Shown: piece after piece, positions 57,651-64,000 of the stretch
How the letters are laid out: each line of letters begins with the position of its first letter
How positions within the stretch are numbered: the stretch's first letter is position 1
Source of the DNA: an uncultured Candidatus Rokubacteria bacterium
GTDB taxonomy: Bacteria; Methylomirabilota; Methylomirabilia; Rokubacteriales; DASRDR01
Reading direction: 5' to 3'
DNA length: 64,000 bases
Assembly (NCBI GenBank): GCA_963805625.1
Contig: CAWDVE010000010.1
Location: 1,952,001-2,016,000, forward strand
The notes under the pieces: generated by a model
What the model saw: only the letters and a program-made list of their open reading frames with translations
Database searches by the model: none
What the model was told of the DNA's origin: nothing
Translations under genes and position numbers: made by a program

Positions 57651-57974
57651 ACAGTTTTGTGCGCACCACTGCCCTCTTTTCTTGACATGGCCATGACGCA
57701 GTGCGCCCTCGCGTGGAACGGCGGCGCAACCGCCGTTGCGCCGCGGACTTCCGTGACGCCTGGCACCCGGACGCAGCGTCCGGACGGTGCCCCGGACCGA
57801 ATGCATTGCACAGGAAACTGTGCAGTCGTCCTCGGCGCGATTCCCTCGATGCGCGCCAACTCTCGATGAACACGACCAGGACCCTCGTGGTCTCGTTCTT
57901 GCGTCGGCCTGGCCCGACGTGAGTGCGAAGCGTCTCCGGTTCGATTCACCATCCGTCGACGAAAGGATTCGCCG

Positions 57975-59267
57975 ATGACACGCCGTCGCCGGCCCTCGTT
58001 GATCACCTGTGTGCTCCTGGTGGTGGCCCTCGCGGAGGTCCAGCGCACCGCCGCACCGGCGGCGGCCCAGCCGGGTCCGCCGACCGTGGTCTATCGCTCC
58101 GAAAGCTTCGAGCGGACCACGGGCCAGCCGAACGCGTTCCAGGCCACGTTCCCTGCGTGCGACCCGACCAGCGTCCATCGGCTTCTGGTCGAGAACGGGC
58201 CGCAGGGCGCTCGCCGGGTCTCGAGCGGGACGGTCATCCTCAACGGTACCGTGGTGATCGATGCGAGCGACCTCAACCCGCAAAACGGCGAAATCGTCCG
58301 GTCGATCTCGCTGCTTCCCGAGAACACGCTGGCGCTGCGCCTTGGCGGGGGGCCGGCCGGCCAGGTGCGCATCACCGTGGACGGCTATCCGCGGTGCGGG
58401 CTCCAAGTGCGGATCACGGCGCCGCCATCCGGCGCGACGCTCCAGCACCCGGCAACGCTCGTCCAGGGGGAGCTGGAATCGGCAGCGCCGGCCACGCTCC
58501 GACTCCTCGTGACCGTTCCCTTCAACGGGACGACCCTCGAATCGGCCGTGCCCGTGGAGGTCCACCGCGGGCGGTTCGCGGCCTGGGTGCCGCTCACCGG
58601 CGGCATCGTCCAGGTGAAGGCCGTCGCGACGGATGACGTGGGGCGCACTGCCGAGGACCTGATCCAGCTCGCGGTCGACGCGTCACCGCACGTCCGGGTG
58701 AGCCGCCCGGAGATCACGCCGACCGTGGGGTTCGCCCCGCTCACGGTCACGATCGAGGGCCGGCCCGCCTCCGACCCCGACATCGACCTCTTCGACGTCG
58801 ACCTCGACGGGGATGGCCAGCCGGACCTGCGGAAGGCCGACTTCGCGGCCGCGCCTCATCAGAGAACGCATACGTTCCCGACCGAGGGGCTCTACATTGT
58901 CACCGTGACGATGCGCCACGGCACGACCGGGGAGACGCTAAGCAGTCAGGTCCCCATCAGCGTGATCCCGCGCCCCGACGTGGCCGCGATCTGGGACTCC
59001 TTCCGGGCGGCCCTGGGCCGTGGCGACATCGACGGCGCCCTGCGCTTCGTCGCCGACGGGGCGCGCGAGCGCTACCGCCGCGCGCTGCTGGACCTCGCCC
59101 CCGACCTCCCGGCCGTCGCGGCGTCCTTCCGGGACGTGACCGTGCAGGTCGTGGAGGCCGAGTACGCGATGGCGTCGACGCTTCGGACGGTGGACGGCAT
59201 GACCGATGGATTCATCATCTCGTTCCTCCGCGACCGCGACGGAGTCTGGCGGATCGCCAGCATGTAG
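57975..59267 (+). CDS. Secreted beta-sandwich/Ig-like + PKD domain protein with NTF2-like C-terminus
   Basis: Signal peptide, RVSSGTVILNG beta domain, VRITAPPSGAT, GFAPLTVT..DLDGDGQPD..THTF..EGLYIVTVT, WDSFRAAL..GDIDGAL...FLRDRDGVWRI. Confidence 0.75.
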   Translation: MTRRRRPSLITCVLLVVALAEVQRTAAPAAAQPGPPTVVYRSESFERTTGQPNAFQATFPACDPTSVHRLLVENGPQGARRVSSGTVILNGTVVIDASDLNPQNGEIVRSISLLPENTLALRLGGGPAGQVRITVDGYPRCGLQVRITAPPSGATLQHPATLVQGELESAAPATLRLLVTVPFNGTTLESAVPVEVHRGRFAAWVPLTGGIVQVKAVATDDVGRTAEDLIQLAVDASPHVRVSRPEITPTVGFAPLTVTIEGRPASDPDIDLFDVDLDGDGQPDLRKADFAAAPHQRTHTFPTEGLYIVTVTMRHGTTGETLSSQVPISVIPRPDVAAIWDSFRAALGRGDIDGALRFVADGARERYRRALLDLAPDLPAVAASFRDVTVQVVEAEYAMASTLRTVDGMTDGFIISFLRDRDGVWRIASM

Positions 59268-59278
59268 GGAGGGGCCCG

Positions 59279-59968
59279 ATGCGAGGCGTCATCCCCCACC
59301 GGCCGCGACCACTCATGCTGGGTCTGATCGCGGCGCTCGCGATGGCTCCCGCCGTCGCCCTCGCCACGGCCCCCGACACCTACTCGGCGGCCCCCATCCA
59401 CGGCAGGGTGGTCGACGCCGAGACGAAAGAGCCTCTGGAGGGCGTGCACGTGGTGGCGCAGTGGATCCTCCAGACCGGCCTCCTCCACGGCCAACACACG
59501 ACCCGGCTCCACATCATGGAGACCGTGACCGACCCGAGAGGCGCGTACCATTTCCCCGGTTGGGGGCCGAAGCCACGGCCGTTCCTGTCGTCGCTGGACG
59601 TATTCGATCCGATGCTGACCTTCTTCAAGCCCGGCCACGTGCCGCTCGACCGGACGAACTTCCATCCACCACAGACAGGCACGCTTCGAACTTCCGTCTG
59701 GGACGGGAAGACGATCGAGCTGCAGCCGTTCCGAGGCACCCCACGGGAGTGGCTGCGCTACCTCCGCCACATGCAGGGCCGTCTCGCCTGGGGCCAAGTC
59801 GTTGGGGAGGTGCCGCAGCAGGTCAATGACTACTGGAAGCACTTTCCCCGAGCGATCCTGGCTGTCTTGAAGGAACGCGAGCGGATAGCCCCCGATCTTC
59901 GCCCCTACGTATCCGATCTGACTTCATGGCATGTGACCGAAGAACAGCTACGAGCCCTGATCGAGTAG
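59279..59968 (+). CDS. Exported carboxypeptidase-regulatory-like (transthyretin-fold) domain protein
   Basis: Signal peptide, IHGRVVDAETKEPLEGVHVVAQW, ETVTD..GAYHF, FFKPGH. Confidence 0.72.
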   Translation: MRGVIPHRPRPLMLGLIAALAMAPAVALATAPDTYSAAPIHGRVVDAETKEPLEGVHVVAQWILQTGLLHGQHTTRLHIMETVTDPRGAYHFPGWGPKPRPFLSSLDVFDPMLTFFKPGHVPLDRTNFHPPQTGTLRTSVWDGKTIELQPFRGTPREWLRYLRHMQGRLAWGQVVGEVPQQVNDYWKHFPRAILAVLKERERIAPDLRPYVSDLTSWHVTEEQLRALIE

Positions 59969-59982
59969 AAAGGGTCCGATCG

Positions 59983-61920
59983 ATGACAAGATCTCACCCT
60001 GCGCTCCTTGCGCTCACTCTCGCAGCTTTCAGTGCCTTGACCAGCACAATGGCGTACGAACGAGAGACGCATCGCGCATTGTCTGCCGAGGCGCTCACCG
60101 AAGCAAAGCTATCCGCCGCCCTCGCCCGTCTGGGTATCGGCCCCAATGATACGTTCAAGGCGAAGGCGTTCAGCATGGCCAAGGGCCCGCACACCGCAGC
60201 CGACTGGATCACGGAGGGCGGTGCGGACGAGGACGCGCCGCCTTGGCGAGTCGTCAATCACTTCTATGACCCCATCAACCAGACCGGCATGGTCTTCGGT
60301 GTGCCCTCGCTGGAATGGGCCTTCGAACTGAGAGGCGACGAGCCAAGTCAGAGCCACTCCTACCCGGACGCGCGACGAGCGCTCTATCGCGGGCTGACGG
60401 CGGCGGATCCGAGCGAGCGGAACCGCGAACTGGGCCACGCCTTCTACGCACTCGGTCACGTGATCCACCTCATTCAGGACCTGGCTCAGCCTCAGCACAC
60501 GCGCAACGATGCCCACCTGCCGCTCGGCTGGGACCAGAGTCTGCACGAGACGTATGTCGAGGCGATCATCGCCCAACTGCCGCTTCACGGCGGAGCGCTG
60601 CCACGGCTCCCATCTCAGGTTCCAACCGCCATGGGGCTATGGACGGGTCCCCTCGGATTCTCGGAGTTCAGCAACAGCAACTTTGTATCGGAGGACACGA
60701 ACTTCACCGATCTGGCCCAGGGCGCCACCGGCGGCGGCTACCCCAAGCCAATCCTCGACCTCGCATTCACGAGCAGCCTCCCGCCAGGCGTCTCCTGCCG
60801 GAACGGTGTCGGTGTACCCACCCCCATGACATTCCACGGAAACCGATTCATCGATCCGGTCACCAGCGGTCTCGTCGAGAACCCGCGAATGACCACGTAC
60901 TCCATCTTCGACCAGCACCTCATCAAGAACGGAAGCCAGCCGCTCTTCGCCTTGAACTGCCTCAACATCGAGGCCGCCGCGGACATCCTGCTGCCCCGCG
61001 CGGTTGCGTACTCCGCGGCGCTCCTCCAGTACTTCTTCCGCGGCCAGCTCGAGGCGCGGGTCGAGCTCGACTACTCGATCACGCCCCCCGTCCACCGGCT
61101 CCGGGTGACGAACCGCACCGGCGGCGAGGCCATGACGGGTGACTTCACCCTGCACTACGACGCCACCGACGGCACCCGGAAGATCCTCCAGCAGTGGGGC
61201 CCCCTCACGCTCGCCCCCGACCAGACGAGCGATCCGCTCCCGCTGCCAACGCCGGCCGATCAGGCCGATCCCGGTCGCTACCTCGTCGTGTTCCGCGGCC
61301 AGCTCGGCGACGAGCCCGATGCCGTGGTCGGCCACTGGCTGGGCGCCGGCGTCTATCGCGTGAGCCTCTGGTACGACACGTTCTATCCGCTCGAGGACGG
61401 AGCCGTCGACTTCGTGCCCGCGCCCCTGCCCACCGTGTGGGACCACACGGTCTACGTGTCCGCCCGTGCCTCTCAGACGCGATGGGCCTTCTATGAGGGG
61501 GCGAGCGGCGAGTCCCGCGCCGAAGACGTGGTCTACGTCTACCGACCGCTCGAGGCCCTTCCGGGAAATGCGGCCGCCCTGCGGTTCCGTGGCCACTGCT
61601 ATTGGACGGAACCCGTCATGGCGGAGCTCGTCGAGCTCGAGCCGCCGCCCGATCTCGGCACCCTGCAAGCCTACACGTGGTCCACACGGCCCGTGGTCCA
61701 ACGCGTGCTCCACCCCTTCAACGTCCTCGCCGGGACCTGGGCCGACGCGGCCACGGCCACGGTCGATCTCGACGGTGCGAAGTTCCTCGGGCTCCGCCTG
61801 CTCGGCGCGCCGGCGGCCCCCGCGCCCTCGCCGCCGGGCCCGTTCCCCCCGTTGAGCACGAGTTATGCCGAGTGCGTCGCCGAGATGCAGGTGCGCATCC
61901 CGCCGCCCCCGGAGCCTTGA
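59983..61920 (+). CDS. Secreted Zn-dependent phospholipase C/P1-nuclease-like protein with beta-rich C-terminal extension
   Basis: Signal then mature YERETH, GADED, NHFYDP, LGHVIHLIQDLAQPQHTRNDAH, SLHE. Confidence 0.72.
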   Translation: MTRSHPALLALTLAAFSALTSTMAYERETHRALSAEALTEAKLSAALARLGIGPNDTFKAKAFSMAKGPHTAADWITEGGADEDAPPWRVVNHFYDPINQTGMVFGVPSLEWAFELRGDEPSQSHSYPDARRALYRGLTAADPSERNRELGHAFYALGHVIHLIQDLAQPQHTRNDAHLPLGWDQSLHETYVEAIIAQLPLHGGALPRLPSQVPTAMGLWTGPLGFSEFSNSNFVSEDTNFTDLAQGATGGGYPKPILDLAFTSSLPPGVSCRNGVGVPTPMTFHGNRFIDPVTSGLVENPRMTTYSIFDQHLIKNGSQPLFALNCLNIEAAADILLPRAVAYSAALLQYFFRGQLEARVELDYSITPPVHRLRVTNRTGGEAMTGDFTLHYDATDGTRKILQQWGPLTLAPDQTSDPLPLPTPADQADPGRYLVVFRGQLGDEPDAVVGHWLGAGVYRVSLWYDTFYPLEDGAVDFVPAPLPTVWDHTVYVSARASQTRWAFYEGASGESRAEDVVYVYRPLEALPGNAAALRFRGHCYWTEPVMAELVELEPPPDLGTLQAYTWSTRPVVQRVLHPFNVLAGTWADAATATVDLDGAKFLGLRLLGAPAAPAPSPPGPFPPLSTSYAECVAEMQVRIPPPPEP

Positions 61921-62424
61921 CGCTGGGGACGCGACGCCGAGGAAGAACGTGACCGCGGCCGCCGCGGCGACCACGCCGCCGATCGTGCTCCCGAAGGAGC
62001 AGCGGGCGATGGCCTGGGCCGGGGGGCGCCGCCCAGCTAGCCCGGATCATGCCCGGACGCCGCAATGAGCGCGGCCCGAGTACTGCCCGCGCTAAGTGCG
62101 CAAATGGGGCGGAGCGCCTTCAGCCCGATCGCGTTCACTACAAGGGCATCGGTCTTGGCGAGAAGGCCGGTGGCTCGCGCAAAGTCACGGATCTGCGGGG
62201 ATTGACGACCAGGCGGGGAGGCCGGCGCTGGCCAGGGTGGCGCCCGTGGTCTCCAGGACGACGAGCGCAGGAGTCAGAGTTCGCAGGTGGAAGGGCTGGG
62301 GCATGTCTCCGGCTCGGACGGAAAGCGGTGGCCCGCCTTCCACCCGGCCTCCCCGCTCCAGCCGGACCCACGAGAACGCGGTGGCATGGCTCCGCAGGGC
62401 CAGCGGGTAGCCGGACCCAGGCGG

Positions 62425-62796
62425 CTACATCGGCGTCGTCGAAGAGCCGGCGCCCGAATAGTGCACGGCGAGCCACACCGTCGGCTCGCGCGAATCGGTC
62501 CATTCCACCCGGTGCCGTCGGTGCGCCGGGATCACGAGATGATCCCCGGCGTGCATCACGTGCGCCTCCGCCTCTCCCTCGAACCGCACGCCCGCGCTGC
62601 CGCGGAGCACGACCACCCACTCGTCACGATCCTGGTCGTGCCACGCTCCGGGCGGTGTCGCGTGTCCGGTCGAGATGATCCGCTCCAGCCTCAGGGCTGC
62701 TCCGTCCACGAGCACATCGATGCGCTCGGCGGCGAGCCGACCCGCGACATCGTCGAAGAGGTTGCGGATCAGAGGCCCCTGCTCGTGGCCGGACAT
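62425..62796 (-). CDS. Cupin domain protein
   Basis: LERIISTGHATP..WHDQDRDEWV, GDHLVIPAHRRHRVEWT. Confidence 0.85.
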   Translation of the reverse strand: MSGHEQGPLIRNLFDDVAGRLAAERIDVLVDGAALRLERIISTGHATPPGAWHDQDRDEWVVVLRGSAGVRFEGEAEAHVMHAGDHLVIPAHRRHRVEWTDSREPTVWLAVHYSGAGSSTTPM

Positions 62797-62825
62797 GCCG
62801 GCGTCGTAGCCACTGTCCAGCCGTC

Positions 62826-64000
62826 TCAGGAAGCGTTGAGCTTCCGCGCCAGCTCGACGAAGAACCCGAGGGACTCGGGGTTCGCCATCGCGTCGGCGCT
62901 CACGACTTTCTCGATGGGATGGCCGAGCAGCAGCTTGCGGACCGGCAGCTCCAGCCGCTTGCCGGAAAGCGTGCGCGGAATATCGCTCACGGCGAAGACG
63001 TCGTTGGGGACGTAGCGTGTCGATAGGTGCTCCCGAACGCTCGACTTGATCCGGGCCACCAGCGCGTCGTCGAGCGTCACGCCGGGTCGCAGCACGACGA
63101 AGAGCGGCATGTAGGACTCACGTCCGAGGTACTCGAGATCGACGACGAGGCTGTCGAGCACCTCGGGGACGTGCTCGACGGCGCGGTAGATGTCGCTCGT
63201 GCCCATCCGGATGCCGAAGCGGTTGATGGTCGTGTCCGAGCGGCCGAAGATCACTGAGCGGCCGTCGGGCGTGACGCGGATCCAGTCCCCGTGGCGCCAC
63301 GTGCCCGGGAACATCTCGAAGTAGCTGTCCCGGTAGCGGGCGCCGCCCGGATCGTTCCAGAAGTAGAGCGGCATGGACGGGAATGGCTCGGTGATGACTA
63401 GCTCACCGACCTGGTCGGTGACCGGCTCACCGTCGTCGCTGAACGCCTGCACGGACAAGCCGAGCATGCGGCACTGGATCTCGCCGGCCGTCACCGGCAG
63501 CAGCGGACAGCCGCCGACGAACCCCGTGGCGGGATCCGTGCCGCCGCTGACCGAGGCGACCCAGACGTCGCTCTTGACCGCCTCGTAGAGCCACGCGAAG
63601 TTCTCCACGGTGAGTGGCGACCCGGTGGAGCCGATCTGCTCGAGCGCGGAGAAGTCGAGCGTCTTGCCCGGTTCGAGGCCCGCCTTCATGCCCGAGTTGA
63701 AGAAGGCGGCGCCGGCCCCGAAGCATCGCGTGCGCGTCTCGGCGACCGCGCGCCACAGGGTGGTCGCCTCGGGGTAGGCAGGGCTTCCGTCGAAGAGGAC
63801 GCACGTGGCGCCGACGAGCAGTCCACCCACGAGCAGGTTCCACACGATCCATCCCGTGGTCGTCATCCAGCAGAACCGGTCGCCCGGCCGAAGGTCCAGG
63901 TGAAGCGCCAGGAGCTTGAGATGCTCGATGACGATGCCGCCATGGCCGTGCACGATGGCCTTCGGCAAGCCGGTCGTGCCCGACGAGTAGACGATCCACA
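62826..64000 (-). CDS. Acetoacetate-CoA ligase, 3' part (start outside window)
   Basis: YSSGTTGLPKAIVHGHGG, STGSPL, SGGTD, WRHGDW, GRSDTTINRFGIRMGT, IPRTLSGK. Confidence 0.9.
   Translation of the reverse strand, partial: WIVYSSGTTGLPKAIVHGHGGIVIEHLKLLALHLDLRPGDRFCWMTTTGWIVWNLLVGGLLVGATCVLFDGSPAYPEATTLWRAVAETRTRCFGAGAAFFNSGMKAGLEPGKTLDFSALEQIGSTGSPLTVENFAWLYEAVKSDVWVASVSGGTDPATGFVGGCPLLPVTAGEIQCRMLGLSVQAFSDDGEPVTDQVGELVITEPFPSMPLYFWNDPGGARYRDSYFEMFPGTWRHGDWIRVTPDGRSVIFGRSDTTINRFGIRMGTSDIYRAVEHVPEVLDSLVVDLEYLGRESYMPLFVVLRPGVTLDDALVARIKSSVREHLSTRYVPNDVFAVSDIPRTLSGKRLELPVRKLLLGHPIEKVVSADAMANPESLGFFVELARKLNAS

Noticed and set aside
57807-57824. Palindrome TGCACAG-GAAA-CTGTGCA (similar sequence near 57648) upstream of the secreted cassette
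   Set aside because: Could be an operator, but no cognate regulator or correctly spaced promoter could be identified, so it is too weak to call.
55071-58565. 1164-aa minus-strand ORF (and similar long ORFs 23357-25351, 39199-40902, 35061-36623)
   Set aside because: Antisense to well-supported genes, with Arg/Gly/Ala-rich composition typical of high-GC shadow frames.

Overview
High-GC bacterial DNA. The gene content suggests Candidatus Rokubacteria/Methylomirabilota (inference): multi-GAF kinase, zinc-ribbon/class III cyclase/AAA/TPR proteins, paired PF04392-type substrate-binding proteins. The window is a mobile-DNA hotspot. (1) An apparently fully bounded ~21.6 kb integrative element (1717-23280) lies between two copies of a 20-bp tRNA-Glu-derived direct repeat. 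It carries a large serine recombinase whose 3' end contains the att site, a satellite-like primase/helicase plus iteron module, and signalling cargo. It sits inside a tRNA-Glu(CTC) 3'-half that is flanked by inverted arm-type repeats. (2) The central block is mostly metabolic/regulatory: cyclase, cNMP-binding protein, decayed ECF locus, proline iminopeptidase, LeuCD-like + ICL/PEP-mutase + ABC cluster, 2-oxoacid dehydrogenase E1/E2, a TGA-containing (probable selenocysteine) peroxiredoxin-like gene only partly called by the ORF track, and a sigma54 activator with a downstream sigma54 promoter. (3) The right part holds decayed elements (ISAzo13, IS91 fragments, DUF3987 + iterons + truncated tyrosine recombinase) followed by an intact three-gene secreted cassette encoding a Zn-dependent phospholipase C/P1-nuclease-like protein. 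No CRISPR array, rRNA or intact tRNA was seen. All family assignments come from motif recognition by eye, not database searches.
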